Assembly: GCF_009914755.1 (NCBI RefSeq)
Contig: NC_060931.1
Origin: the human T2T-CHM13v2.0 reference genome, Homo sapiens
Reading direction: 5' to 3' (one strand)
DNA length: 64,000 nucleotides
In this document: one piece after another, positions 1 through 14,295 of the stretch
Layout of the letters: each line of letters begins with the position of its first letter
Position numbering within the stretch: the first letter of the stretch is position 1
Translations under genes and position numbers: made by a program
Notes under the pieces: model-generated
Databases searched by the model: none
Seen by the model: the letters and a program-made list of their open reading frames with translations, nothing else
What the model was told of the DNA's origin: nothing

Positions 1-660
1 GGAGGCAGCATTCGTTGCAGTAATTCCACTCAGGAATTTGTTGTCTGACACTTCACAAAGCTCTGCTAACTCAAGGTGAAGCCAGCTAGCAACCTGAAAT
101 TGTGAATTTAGTGTGGCTGGCGGGATAACCAGAATAATCAAGGGTGAGAGAAAGACAGGCAGGTGAGGAAAATGAACAAACAGCTACCTGAACAAGCAGT
201 GCAGCCTGTGATCTCAGTTTAGAATAAAGACCAAATGTAAACTTTCTTAAATTCAGACTGCATTTGAAGTCATTGTTTGAGGTTTCATGTGTTTTTGTTG
301 TTTGTTGTTAATTTTGCTCCTTCCTTCCCTCCCTCCCTTCTTGTATTTGTATTATGTCCCCCAAATGCCTATTATTTGGCAGTAATTTTTTTTTCTTAAA
401 GCCTTTAATATCAGAATCTCAAAAAGACTGGAACATATCAAAGTGAGTGGGGGAGAATTTGCAGTTGGAATAAGCATATTCAGTTTTTCTTTTTCTGTCA
501 GGATACTTGATTACTTCTGAAATTTTAAATAACAGTCATGAAAGGCTTAAGGGTTTTATATTTAAAAGAGGGTATTGAGTTAACTAAAGTGTAGAAATGC
601 TACTGTACAAGAATACAAAGTTGTATTCCATGTTAAATTTTTACCTCTTTATGTCATTCT

Positions 661-2990
661 TTTTAAAAATTTTAATTACTTTATCAGGGTATAATTGACA
701 TACTGTAAATTGCATGTTTAAGGTGTACAGCTTAAGTTTTGACATGTGTATAATCCCATGAAATCATCACCACATTCAAGATAGTGATCTATCCATCATT
801 CCCCCTCAATTTCTTTGAACCTCCTTGTAGTCCCCCCTTTCCTTCCCTCTTTCTGCTTCCATCCCCAAGCGACTACTGATCTGTCTGCTGTCACTGTAGA
901 TTAGTTTGCATTTTCTTAAATTTTGTATAATTGGAAACATAAGTTATCTACTTTTGATTTTTGCCCTGGCTTTTTTTAGTGAGCATAACTATTTTGAGAT
1001 CCATCCATGTTGTTGCTAGTGTCAGTTGTTTATTCTTTTTTTTATTGCCAAGTGATATGCCATTGTATAGATATTTCACACATTTTTTAAACTCTTCACC
1101 TGTTGATGGACATTTTAGTTTCCAGTTTTGTTGTACCTTTCTATTACAAGTAAAACTGCTGTGAACATTCATGTAAAATTCTTTATGGGACATGTTTTGT
1201 CTTCCGTTGGATTCCCGTAAGAGTGGAAAGCTCAATCAATACGGTGGGTGTATGCTTAACTCTTTTAAAAACTGCCAGTCTGTTTTCCAATGTTGCCATA
1301 CCATTTACATTGCCACCAGCAGTGTATGAGTTCCAGTTGTTGTACATCTTTAATTTTAGACGTTTTAATAGGTATGAACTAATATTCCATAGTGGTTTTA
1401 ATTTGCATTTCTCTAATGATTAATGGTGAGCATCTTTTCATGTACTTGTTTTCCATCTATATGTCTTCTTTGGTTAAGTGTTTGTTCAGATCTTTTGTTC
1501 CTTTTTTATTGGATTACTAATTTCTGATCATTGAGTTTTGAGAGTGCTTTATTCTGGATGAGAACTTTATCAGTTATTTGTAAATATTTTCTCTCAGTCT
1601 CTGGTTTGCTTTCTCATTGTCTTCACAGTTTCTTTTGAAGAGCAAGAGACATAATTTTGATGAAATCCCAAGAAATCTTGATCTACCCCATGGTCACAAA
1701 GATTTTCTTCTGTTTTCCTCCAGAGGTTTTATAGTTTTAGGTTTTATGTTTAGGTCTAGGATCGATTTTTAGTTAATTTTTGTTTATGGTGCCAGGGACA
1801 GATTAAAATTCCTTTTTAAATTTTATTTTTGACATATAGTTTTTTAATTTTTCCATTGCCATTTGTGGAAAAGACTATCCTTTCTCCACTGAATTGCTTT
1901 TGCAACTTTATTGAAAGTCAGTTGGCCATGTGTGTATAAGTATTCATAGACTGTTTCATCTTGATGTCAGTGCCACACTGTCTTGATTACCGTGGCTCTA
2001 TAATAAGTTTTGAAAGTTAGGTTGTATAAGTCATTCAACTTATACAGACTTTTCTGAAGTTTGGCTATTTTAGATCCTTTGTATTCCCATGTGAATTTCA
2101 TAATCTGCTGATCAGTTACTACAAAAAAAAAGCCTGCTTGGTATTTAAATGAGATTATATTGAATTTATAGATCAGTTTGGAGATAACTGGCATTTTAGT
2201 AATCTTGAGTCTTCCAATCTATGAACATAGTGTATCTCTCAATGTATTTATTCTATAATATCTCAGCAGTGTTTCATGGTTTTCAGTGTATAGGTCTTGC
2301 CCATCTTTTCACATTCATAACTGTTAATATTTTTATGCTATTGTAAATGGTATTTTTGTTTAGAATTCTAATGTTTCATTACTGGTATATAAAAATGAAA
2401 TTGGTTTTTTTATATTCATATTATATCCTGCAACTTTGTTAAAATCAACTTATTCTAGTTGTTTTTTTGGTAGATTACATAGATATTCTATGTAAGTTAT
2501 CATCTCTGTGCATAAAGGTAGTTTTTCTTTTTGTAGTCCTTATGTTTCTTTTTTCTCCTTCTTTTCCTTCCTTCTTTCCTTCCTTCTTTCTTTCCTTCCT
2601 TCTTTCCTTCCTTCTTTCCCTCCTTCCTTCTTTCCTTCCTTCCTTCCTTCCTTCCTTCCTTCCTTCCTTCCTTCCTTCCTCCCTCCCTCCCTCCCTCCCT
2701 CCCTCTCTCTCTTTCTTTTTTTTTTGCCTTATACTGGCTAGAACCTCCAGTATAATATTAAATGAGGTGGTGAGAATGGACATTCTTGCATTGTTCTTAA
2801 ACTCAGGTGAAAAGCATTCCATCTTTAACTACTAAGGATGATGTTAGCTCTAGGTTTTTTGTCGATTCCCTTTATCAGGCTGAGGAGCCTGATACTGCTT
2901 GCAGACAATTGATACTGCTTTGCAGACAATTTTTATCGGGAATGGATATCAGATTTGGTGAAAATTTTTTTTCTTGTCTACTGAGATTAT
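661..2990 (-). mobile_element. Old L1M LINE-1 fragment (3' UTR plus 3' half of ORF2)
   Basis: Starts with a typical L1M 3' end read in reverse. Minus-strand ORF remnants resemble ORF2 (LTFKTYYRATVIKTVWH; SFNIILEVLASIRQ; LATTWMDLKIVML). Confidence 0.85.
2545..2722. repeat. (CCTT)n/(CCCT)n polypyrimidine microsatellite inside L1M ORF2
   Basis: Directly visible. It sits at the RQEKEIKG position of ORF2. Confidence 0.95.
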
Positions 2991-3199
2991 GATATCATCT
3001 TGCATCATCTTGAACAACAACAACAAAAAGCTGCTGTTTTCCTTATCTGTATCCTGGAATAGGTATTGTCCCTACCTGAGGCATGATACTAGGTGAGTTA
3101 CTTAATAAATAGGGGAGAGGGTTGGGAATCACAGTCCTCAGCACCTAGAGGGTTAAGTGTCCATTCTGTGCTGGCTAAATAATTGAATGAATGAAGAAA

Positions 3200-4585
3200 C
3201 TGCTTTAAAGATATTCTCTTTATCACTGGTTTTAAGCAATTTAATTATAATGCATTTTGGTGTGCTTATTATATTTTTGTGCTTGGCGTTCAGTAAGTTT
3301 CTGGATGTTACTGTATAATTTTCAATTTTGGAAAATTTTAGGCTATTGTTTCCTAATATATTTTGTTTCTGCCTCCTATTCTTGTTCCTCTCCTTTAGGG
3401 TCTACAATTACATGTCTTTTGGGCAAGTTCATTGACTGATTATCACATGACTCACTGATTCTGTTTTCTTTTTTCTGTCTCTTTTCCCTACTTGTTTCAG
3501 TTTGAAGCATTTCTGTTGCTACATCTGCAAGTTCAGTAATCTGTTCTTCTTCAATATCTAATGTATCATTAATCTCATTCAGTGTATTTTTCATCTCATA
3601 TATTGTAGGTTTTATCTCTAAAAGTTTTTTAAAAATCTCTTTCATACCACTGCTTAACATGTATAGTCTTTCCTCTAACTTTCTTAACATATGGAATACC
3701 TATGTAATTTTCTTTTCTACAAAGTCTGTCATCTTTGTCATTTCTGGGTCACTTTGATTGATTCAGTTGATTTTTCTTCTCATTATGGGTTGTATTTTCT
3801 TTCTACTTTGTATGCCTGGTAATTTTTTATTCAATGCCATATATCGTGAATTTTTTCTTGCCAGATTCTAGATATTTTTATATTCCTAAAAATATTCTTC
3901 AGCTTGTTCTGTGACATGTTCAAGTTACTTGAAACTGTTTCAGCCTTTTGGTCTTGCTTTTAGACTTTGATGGGCAAGATTATCAAAGCTGCTGCATTTA
4001 GCCTAGGATAAATTTTTCTGCACTACTGAAACAAGATCCTTTTTAGCCCTGTAAACAATGCCTGTGAATTTTGAGATTTCCTACTCTGGCCATGGGAATA
4101 GGCACCATTGTCATCCCTGTGTGAGCTCTGTGCACTATTCCCTCAATATTTTGGGTAGTCCTTTCCCTAACTTTGAGTAGTTTCCTCAACTTTATGCACT
4201 GACATTACTTAACTGAATCATCAAGGGGACTTTCTGCAGATCTTCATAGTTTTCTCTTGGTACAGATTTCTCCTCTTTGATCCTCTGCTTTGCATATTAT
4301 AGTAGCCTTAGCCTTCCTGGACTTCCAGCTATGTGTCTTCAACTCAGGGAGTTTTTCAGACTTCCTCTGGGTTTCTCCTGTCTGCAGATTTTCTTCAGGC
4401 AGCAAATTGGAGCAATCATAGATTCAACTTGTTTGTTACCTGTCTCTAGAATCACTTTTCTTTATTACCCTATATTTAAGTGCTTGAGGGCCATTATTTT
4501 ATATGTTTTCTATGGTGTTGAGTTGCTTCAGGCAGGAAGGTAAGTTCAATGTCTCTTACTTATCTTGACTGGAAGGGGAAGTTGT
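3200..4585 (-). mobile_element. Old L1M 5' portion (ORF1 remnant plus 5' UTR)
   Basis: ORF 3376-3690 (LEIKPTIYEMKNTLNEINDTLDIEEEQITEL) resembles the L1 ORF1p coiled coil; L1M 5'-type sequence follows. Confidence 0.75.
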
Positions 4586-7277
4586 GACTGATTCTTTATG
4601 TCCCCTAGCATTTAACATGATGCTAGATATATAGTAAATACTCCTCAAAGGGTAAAGATAGAGAGTCATTTACATAGATTCATATACAAATAAAGGGGTA
4701 GTGTGTAAGTGAAAGAAAAATATGTAATTTTTTGAGAGGGCATAACGTTAAGTAGGAAATGTCAGACAACACAGCATTTCTGAGCAGGCTTCCTGGGATT
4801 GCACCATGCTCTGGCCAGTCACTTAGTGCACTAGTGGGGCAGAATTTTACCTTCTTCCAGCACTGCTGAATAACAGCAATAACGTGGGCATGAAACTACT
4901 TAATTTACTACCTAACCTGATTGATCAAAGCCAGTGGGAGAGGCAACAGGTTATCACTACTCTAGAAGTTCCCAAACACAGGCCTAAGTTTACATAGTAA
5001 ACTGAACCCCAAATTTCTTTTTCCTTTGTTCTCTTCCTTTCTTCTTTGCAGCTTCCTGCCCACGGCCTCCCTTAGGGAGGTCTTACCAAGGCTTCTGATT
5101 TGTTCTTCAATAGGAGATAGACCAGCTAGTATTAAACTCATCTATTTTCACTTTCTACTTTGAGTTCTGCTTTCTGGCAATGGATTGTTCTTTGCTTCTG
5201 TCCACTTGCTTCTACCAATTATTAAAACTTTGTATTTGACTTCATTACCTATGACTAACAATTTTATAAGCCCTGAAACTGAGTCAAGATTTTAAAGAAA
5301 GACATTCTAGAAATCATCAAAGGAAACTACCAGTTCATTTTCCACAGGGAGCTTTTTCTCCTTTCCTGTTAAAATGTCACTTTGGCACTAAGAAAATTTG
5401 AGCAATCTGGTTGAAACCTACGTTCCTGTCCTGGCAATTACCAGTGTTTTTAAGGAAAAATCTTTCTGTGGATCACACGGTCTCATTGCCTCTGGTTTTT
5501 TTTTTTTTTTTTCTTTTTTTCTCTACTGCTTCTCCTTGATTTACCTTAAGTTAAGAAAGAGTGGTTCTGAGTTAGGAGAATCATAGTGTCTCACAATGAT
5601 AATCACAAGCTTTATATAACAGAATTAATTGAGGGAACATGTAATGAAGACTCAATCTGAAGAGGTTTTTTAGCTTTGCACAGGAGGGAATTCTAGAGAG
5701 CATTTTCAACCCTGCATGAGTCTGTGTGACTAGCGAAATAACTATTAAAAATAGGGAAATTGAACTGGAAAGTAGGTGACCTAATTTTTTCTTCTTTTAT
5801 AGTTACATATGTGGTGAGAGTACCTTACATAAACTCTTCTGGTATTTAAGCTGAGGACGGTTTTATTAGTTGTCAAGGTATTAGAACCTTGAAATATCAC
5901 ACTAGATGACATCTCTTGTCTGTCTACTTGTCCCATTACCAGAATTCACATTCAGTTTATCATAATCCAGTGCTGATTTTTGAAGTCACATATTAGAAAA
6001 ACCAAAGTTTTAATACATACATTCCTGGTAATGAGGAGTTGGGGGTTGGGGAACAAGGGAGCAGAATTTAACTGTAAAATTACACTTTTTTGTTTATATT
6101 AAGCTGTGCACTAGTTGGCCCCCTTGCTTTCTCAAATTAGCTTATATTTCAGGGATTTTTCTCTTTTGCAACTCAACATTTTATTATAGACAAGAGAAAT
6201 CTGAAACACAAAGGTAATCCAGAACAGAATTTGATATTAGTTTGTGAACTTTTCGTTCCTTTCTTGGAGTCAAACATGAGATCATGTTTAGAATGATTTA
6301 GCCCATGTTCTTTTTCCAAGAGTTTTAATAAATGAGTTTAGAGTTACCAACTATAAAACATACAATGATGATGATTTTTCCCTTATTTTTATTAGAAGAC
6401 TATGTTGTGACCAAGCTAAGTGTGATGTAGAGGTAGCAGTAGTATTAAACAAGCATAGGGATTCTGAAAGCACTAAGCAAGCTAATATATCAAACAGCCA
6501 TACCATGGGTTCATTGTCATTAAAGTAGGTTAGCTGCCAGTAAAGGTTAGCTATGTGTATTGTTACTAATAGAAGTTTGTTCGATTTCAGATATAAATAT
6601 TAAATTCCATTATGGTGCACGCCCCAGCATGGGTGAGGAGCCTGAGTGTCCACCTGCCTAGCTGTATGGACCGACCATTTCTAAAGATGCCTGGTTGACT
6701 GGGGCAAGGGCCAACTGTGAAATCCCCTTTCAGTTTTTCAAAGTCTATGATTAGTTCCTTGTTGATATGAAAATTCATATTGCTTGCTTGCAGCTAAGTC
6801 TTTGAAACCTATGTCCATTGTCACTAATTTTCCTTATTAGCATACTTAGTATTTTTCTCTTATAGGAGTCTATCTATCTTTATGTAATAGATAATATTCT
6901 GTGTAATGTGTCATTTGACTTTGCCTTAATCTATTTGTGTTTTTGCTAATTTTTTTTCTGCTTTATATGAAGTCCAGATACTTTAATCTCTTCTTATCTG
7001 TGTCAACCTTACTTGCCCATTGTTCCTCTTTAACAAATCAGATCAGTTTTCTTACTAATTAAGGTCATTCTTATTTTTCTTTCCTTGAGCATTAACTCCT
7101 TCCTCAAGACACTCCCTGTTTTCACTCCCTTACCCAAGTTCTGTACATTCTTCACTGCTATGGGGTCTTTAGCCCCAGGATGCTCTTCCTTTTCATAATT
7201 ACTCTTCACTGGCAATTCAGATCAAACAGATTGTACTTACCCTATATGCCATCTGCTCCCAGAATTGCTCACAATAA

Positions 7278-7691
<414 letters not shown>

Positions 7692-10148
7692 TAAAATGAT
7701 AGTTGATGATTTACATGTTAGCAGATTACTATGTTTTAATTACATTTTGGGAAGTTGATTGGGATTTTGGGGTTGACATGTACTATATCAAAATATTTCT
7801 CATTTAAAATAATGGGAAATAGGTTCTCAGTATTTTCATGGAGAACATTGGCTTTTCAGATATGGATAACTGACCTAAAGTGAGCAATGCCTATATGAAC
7901 CATCATTAAATAAATAGATCCCTGCTGCTAACACCCTGGAGGATGTTGTGTGGAGCTACATAGAGCTGCCCACAAGAAAAGCAGCCCTACAACCAGTATC
8001 TACCTTCAGAACAATGCCTGTAGGTTAGCACTTCTTCCATTATGAATTTTGATTTGAGAATATTTGAAAACCAATGTGTTTTCTCTGCTGACAAAACATA
8101 GTACTCTAACATGTTTGTTTCTACCAATCACCCTTTACACACGCCTCTCATTTTACCATGATTTTTTGTGGCCTTTCAGGAATCACAGACTGAATTTTGT
8201 ATTCCTCAATTTAGACGGTCCTAAACATGCTCTCATATATTGATGAAAAGCCATCAAGCCATTATCCTAGGTGGTACAATGAACTAGATAGATACTTAAA
8301 TTTAGATTATACCCTGTTTTATGGTACCATATGGCTCCAGCTAGACTATCAACCTCTTTTGAAAGTGAGTTATGCATTTTAACTACCCCTCCTCAGCCCA
8401 CCCAACCTGGTTTTCAATTATTTCAGATGTTGAGGGAGTACTTCTTGAGAGCTTTGCAGTTCAGGTCTTAAGCAGAATTGTAGGGTGCGTTTGAAATTTG
8501 AATAACATATTTATCTCTGACCTTGCTGTGGCAAATCCACTGCTACTATGTATGCTAGGTAGTTTTTATATTCATCATCTATAGCATGTTTTAAGGTTTC
8601 GGAACCTAGATTCTATTAGAGGAATAGGAGTGATATTTTTTCATAAGCCAAACTTTCAAACAAAACTAAACAAAGCATTGTCTATAGTAACTTCGCATAC
8701 ACCAGTGAAGGCACAGAAGATGACCTAGAAGGGACCTTTGCGAAAGCCTCCCAAAAACTTCATTGGGCCTATTTTTCCTATTAAGAAAAAGAAGAAAGGG
8801 AAATAAGCAACAAAATGATATTAAGGAAGAAGGCAGGCAAAATTCCTATGGGGCTCTTTTTTGACTGTTCTTGAGCCCCCAGTGGTGTTTCCTTTCTTCA
8901 CTTTATCTGCTGGAATCTATTTGTAATGAGCAAAAATAATTTAAGTACACAGGTCTATTTTCTATGAAGTTAATACTTCTTAGTGAGATATATTTCACTT
9001 TTTAAGAGTGATTGACTTAAGACTTTATTCCCCACTGTTTTCTCCAATAGAAGAAGCTCTTTAAGATATATAAAGGAAAAAAGCTAAGTACAAACTAGGT
9101 CTAAGTTCACATTAGAGGAAGGAAGAGAAAGTGGCTAAACAGATGGACATGATACAATATCCAGGGCATGCAGGGAGGATTTCTAGCTGGTGGTTTCTTA
9201 CAGGGCTCAGGACTGGGCCTATGCTAACAGACTCACTTTTTATTAAATACTCTCAAATATTGTTAATTGTTATTTTGTTTTTCATATGTGATATTTTCCT
9301 AATAATTTTTAAAGTTGGAGTTTAAAATGCTTTTAGAGAGATGAACTCTTTTAAAACAAGGTATCTCCAGGTCAGCTTTCATATACACTTTAGGCTCAGC
9401 AGTAGGTGCTTGGTGGTGCTGCCTGAATGATGGACTTTTGGTCTGTGTATTGCTATTATTGATTACTTCAGATGGTCGATAGGTGTTTGTGTTTGACATA
9501 GACAGAATAAATGGGCACTGCTATATGATGGATGAGTATCACAGCGTCTGGAAGGGCTCTGCCTTCACATAACTCTTTTAGGAAGGGCTAACACCAGTGT
9601 GTTCTGATATTGCTTTTGTTCTCTGAGTAGGTGAATCTGTGCACAGAGATAACAAGCCCTTTTGAATTACAGGGCCACTAGGGTACAAATGCTAGCCAGC
9701 CTTCCAGATTATTTTCGTAACTAAAAATGGGCTGCAAACCAGCTTCATCCAATTTCGGGGATTGGATGAAACCAAATTAGATCTACTGTGCATCAGACAG
9801 AGGTTGTGCTGGCAAACAGCAGACATATAAATGTGACCATGTTTCCTAAAAGAGGCATGGGGGACAGTGGTATTTCTGAGTGAATTTATAACTGATGACG
9901 TAAATGGCAAGTACATACATACTGGATAAATTTGAAATCTTCAGTACAAAGGAAGCAAAAGAAACAGGAAGGAAAGGAAGCCATCTTTGTTCTAAAGCCT
10001 GAGGAGCAGTGTGATCTTGTAGAAAGAACCTAGGCCTTTGGGTGTGAGCTCCCCATTCTTCTTCTTCCTCTTCCATTTACTAGCTGTTTGTCCTCATACA
10101 ATGAACTTCACTTCCTGACCCTTGTCTGTATCATGAACATAAGAGAAC

Positions 10149-10896
10149 TGTCTTAGTCTCTTTGAGTTGCCATAACAAAATACCATAAGCTGGGTAAATT
10201 ATAAACAATGGAAACTTACTTCTCATAGTTCTGGAGGCTGGGAAGGCCCTGGCATATTTGGTATCTGATGAGGGCCCTCTTTCTCACACAAAAAAATTAA
10301 TAAATAAAAAAATCTTCTTGCAGAGTCTACACATGGTAGAAGGGGAAAACTCTATCTCCTCAACTCCTTACAAGGGCATTGATATGGTTTGGCTGTGTGT
10401 CCCCACCCAAATCTCATGTCGAATTGTAATCCCCAGTGTGAGAGGAGGGGCCTGGCAGGAGGTGATTGGATCATGGGTGGATTTCCCCCTTGATGTTTGC
10501 ATGATAGTGAGTGAATTCTCCCAAAATCTGGTTGTTTAAAAGTGTGCAGCACCTCGCCCTTCTCTGTCTCTTCCTCCTGCTCTAGTCACGTAAAACGTGC
10601 CTGCTTCCCCTTCATGTTCCTCCATGATTGTGAATTTTCTGAGGTCTCCCCAGCCATGTTTCCTGTACAGCCTGTGGAACAGTGAGCCAATTAAACCTCT
10701 TTATAAATTACCCAGTTTCAGGTATTTCTTTATAGCAGTGTGAGAATGGACTAATACAGACATTAATCCCATTCCTGAGGACTCCACCTTCATGGCTTAA
10801 TCGCCTCTCAAAGGCCAAATCTCCTAATACCATCACATTGGGGATTAGGTTTTAGCCTGTGAATTCTGGGGGGACATAAACATTCAGACCACAGGA
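10149..10896 (-). mobile_element. MaLR solo LTR (MLT1A/MSTD-like), interrupted by MSTA
   Basis: tgtcttagtc...ataacaaaatacc...ttctggaggctgggaag at one end and gggacataaacattcagacc at the other. Confidence 0.8.
10380..10758 (+). mobile_element. MSTA-like MaLR solo LTR
   Basis: TGATATGGTTTGGCTG...GGACTAATACA termini; 5-bp TSD GGCAT/GACAT. Confidence 0.9.
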
Positions 10897-11707
10897 AGTG
10901 CCTAACTTATTAGGATCATTGTGATGATTGAAGATAATACATAGAAAGAGAGTTTTTAGCAGACAGAGCCTGGCATATAGTAAACTCCAATAAATAAGAA
11001 GAATTTGCTGTTCTTGTTGGCAGAGATGCAGCAGCCACTGTCCTGAGCTGGCTTTCTCTTCATCATCCCCATCATCCCTGGTAGACTGGCTTGCTCCTGT
11101 GAATGGACAGCTCCATTCAACTAATGGCTTCCTGGGACTACTTCTTTCATGTCTGTAACGTTAAGCTTTAGCACTCCTACTGCATCCTTACCCAGGGAAA
11201 ATTACACCAAATAGATCTAGCTTTGATCTGTTTTCAATTTTGACTGAATTATGAACAATAATACATGATTTTAAAGTATAGCCAGAGACTCCAGGCTACA
11301 AAAATTCAAAATCTTTTTAGTCTTTTTAGATCTTGAAAGTAGATGATTAACCATTGTCAGCTCTATATTGACTTGGGCTTTCTTGGCTATTGAACTTCTG
11401 GCTCCAATTCACACCTCTATTCTCCCTTTAAACCTGTATAATATATTTTTTTGTAATGCCTTAATTTCAGAAGTACATATTTATGCATTGGTTTTGTTAT
11501 TTTATCAAAATTATGATATTTGATATCATAAATCCTAAAAGCTGCTTTTAGCATAGTGATTACAAAGCATCCTATGACCAACAAAGGGACTACTAAAGGA
11601 TTAATTATACCTTTCTTTACTGCTTAGGGCTTTCTTCCCCCAGAATGCCATTGCTGTGAAATACCATGCTAATAAGGCCTCTGGCAGAACAGAAATCCAA
11701 AGAACTC

Positions 11708-12115
11708 TTCCTATTCCATGACCATGCTGCATAACAAACCACTTAAGAATTCAGCGGCTTAGAGCAATTGTTTATTTTTGCTCAAATGCTCATGGATTGA
11801 TCAAGGTTGGCTGACTCAAGCTCAGCCATCAACTACAGGTTAGGTCCAGAGTTGCTCCACATATTTTTCATCCCCCTTGGACCAGCAGGCTAATCAGGGC
11901 ATGCTCTTCTCTGGTCATGGTAGAAAGATAAGAAGGGCCAATGGAAACCTGTGCTGCCTCCTAAGTCATATGCTTGTAACTGCCCCCTTTTACTTCCAGC
12001 CCCATTCCATTGACCAATCAAGTCAAACCTCCATGGAGGGATTGCAAAGTCCTATGGCAGAGGGTTTAGTTATGGGAATGGTTAAAGAATCAAGATCAGT
12101 AATAAACTGACCACA
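11708..12115 (-). mobile_element. Old MLT1 (J/K-like) LTR
   Basis: gctgcataacaaaccac...ggttaggtccagagttgctccaca...cattccattgaccaa motifs. Confidence 0.7.
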
Positions 12116-12180
12116 TCTAGCTTTACCATTAACCATCAAGGGACTTTGAGCAGTCTCCAAGCCTCAGATTCTCAATGATT

Positions 12181-12400
12181 ACATTCATTCGTGCATGCAA
12201 CCAATATTTTTACCACCTACTCAATGCCAGGCATTGTCCTAGGTAATGAGAATACAGCATTGAACAAAATAAAAACCCTTGCTCACATGGATCACATATT
12301 CCAGTCAGAGAGATAGACAGTAAATAATGTGTGTGTACATGCATGCATGAGTATATAATATGTCAGAGAGTGAAAATGCGATAAGGAAAAATTAAGACAA
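12181..12400 (-). mobile_element. L2 3' fragment
   Basis: cattcattc...acctactcaatgccaggcattgtcctagg, the L2 3' terminal signature. Confidence 0.7.
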
Positions 12401-12543
12401 GCGAAATAATTCACCTTTCCCTGCCCTAGAGCTTGCCACTGTTAACAGTTTGGTGCTTGTGTTTGAGGGGATGAATAGTGGAGCCTGACCACTGGGATTT
12501 GAATCCCTGTTCTTCCTTTTAATAGTTTTGCAATCTTGGACAT

Positions 12544-13123
12544 GCCTATTATTTTTCCATGGTTGCATGACAAATTACCACAAACTTAGTGGCTTAAAGC
12601 AACATACCTTTATTTTGTCACAGTTTCTATGGGTCAGGTGCCAGGCATAGCTTAGCCAAGTCCTGGAATCAGGATCTTACAAGGCTACAGCGTGGGTGTT
12701 GGCTGGACTGCTTTCCTTTCTAGAACTTGGAATCCTCTTTCAATCTCATGCAGTTGTTGGTAGAATTCAATCTCTTATGGCCATAGAACTGATGTCCCTA
12801 ATTTCTCACTGTCAGCTACAGGCTGTTCTCAGCTCCTGGAAGTGCCGTAGTTTCTTGCCACATGATTCCCTAGAAGGCTTTCTCATACAGCACGGCAACT
12901 TGCTCCTTCAAAGCCAGTAAAAGATTTTCTCTCTCTAGTCTACTAAGTCTCCTATGACAGTGCCTTATATAACATAATGCAATCATGGGAGTGACTCTGC
13001 CATCACCATTGCCATATACTATCAACTAGAAGCAACATCACAGTTTCTGCCTGCATTCAGTGGGAGGGGTTTGTACAAGGGCATGACTAATGGATGCTCA
13101 TCTTAGAGTTCTGTCTTCACAAC
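12544..13123 (-). mobile_element. MLT1E/F-like LTR inserted in a MIR
   Basis: caaattaccacaaacttagtggcttaaagcaaca... start. MIR halves lie on both sides. Confidence 0.75.
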
Positions 13124-13127
13124 ATGG

Positions 13128-13290
13128 GACTTAACCTCTGTGTCCCAGTTTTCTCCTCAGTAAAATGGGAGTAGTAATAATATCTACCTGATAGGATGGC
13201 TTTGAGGATTAAAGAATTATTAGTTAGAAGTAAAGCACTTAGGACAATGCCTGCTGCATAGAAATTTCTATATATGATAGCTGTTTTTAT
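13128..13290 (+). mobile_element. MIR 3' half (5' half at ~12470-12543)
   Basis: acttaacctctgtgtcccagttttctcctcagtaaaatggg, the MIR core. Confidence 0.8.
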
Positions 13291-14132
13291 TATCTACAAA
13301 ATGTGAGGATTTTGTGAGATGATTTTTAAGATCCCTTCCAGCTCCAACATTATGGTTTTGTTGCCACACACTGTGATACAAAAATGAACAAGTACAAGAA
13401 ATCTACTGACTAGAGAGATAGAAAAAGCATAATATAGAGACATGTTGAAATTAACCTAAATAGATTTTGCATTACAAAGAAGCAAGATTCATTCCTCTTT
13501 TATTTTGCCATCAGTGGACCCTCCATAAGTTCTTCCTGATTTGAAATTTTGTGGAACACCTTGTCAAGGGATCCCTTTGGGGGCCTGAATTCCTCCAAGT
13601 AAATATTTCTTTGTAAGAAACTTTCATTGGTCACCATACTCCCTCCTAAATTAATTGAAGCCTGTGACTCTTAAATATACTGTTGAATGATGCCATTGGA
13701 TTGTAATATAACAGTTTGAATATAGGTGCCAGTGCTATGTTTAGTATATGAAAGTGTGAGTAGATTTTAACCAAATATTTTTAAACATGAATAACTAGGA
13801 CAGTTCAGCCCCTAAATGCCCTCTTAGACCCACAGAAGCCCACAAAGAGGGGGCCTGACAGTCATCTCTCCAAGATGGCTGAGGAAACAGGATGGGTCCA
13901 GTCTTGCTGTTATGGCTACCTGTGCTGAGAGCTGCTGGTGAAAGCTGTTCCTCCTCCACCAGGCAGGAAAGTGCCAGAGGCTGAGGGACTGTGTGTAGAA
14001 TCACTTCCATTCCCTGTCTCTTTGGGTGATATATTCTGTCTGGGGCAGTGAGGAGCCAAGAGGCAGCTTCAGTAGTTGTATAATTCATACTCTGTGTCTT
14101 TATGTTCTCTTCGTAAAGGCTCATCATTTAGA

Positions 14133-14295
14133 GTAGGGTTTCTCAGCTACTGACAATAGTTTCTCACTATTGACCTTTTGAGCTGGTCCTGTGCGTTGTA
14201 GGATATTTAACATCAGCCCTGGTTTCTATCAACTAAATGCCAGTGGCATTCTTCTCCTCCAAAAATGCCTACAGAAATTGTCAAATATCTTCAGT
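14133..14295. mobile_element. MER20-like hAT DNA transposon fragment
   Basis: cactattgac...gtcctgtgcgttgtaggatatttaaca...aaatgccagtggca matches the remembered MER20 consensus. Confidence 0.7.

Larger units (their letters stand above)
10005..11000 (+). mobile_element. MIR split by nested MaLR LTRs (pieces ~10005-10148 and ~10900-11000)
   Basis: The MIR 5' core (ttccatttactagctgt) lies before the LTR and the MIR 3' part (gcctggcatatagtaaactccaataaat) after it. Confidence 0.65.

Noticed and set aside
1-170. Possible exon end with donor-like CAG|GTGAGG
   Set aside because: All three plus-strand frames contain stops and no protein is recognisable; the motif alone is insufficient.
2467-2835. Overlapping 77-122 aa ORFs (PSFL and EGRK repeats)
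   Set aside because: Artefacts of the stop-free (CCTT)n microsatellite.
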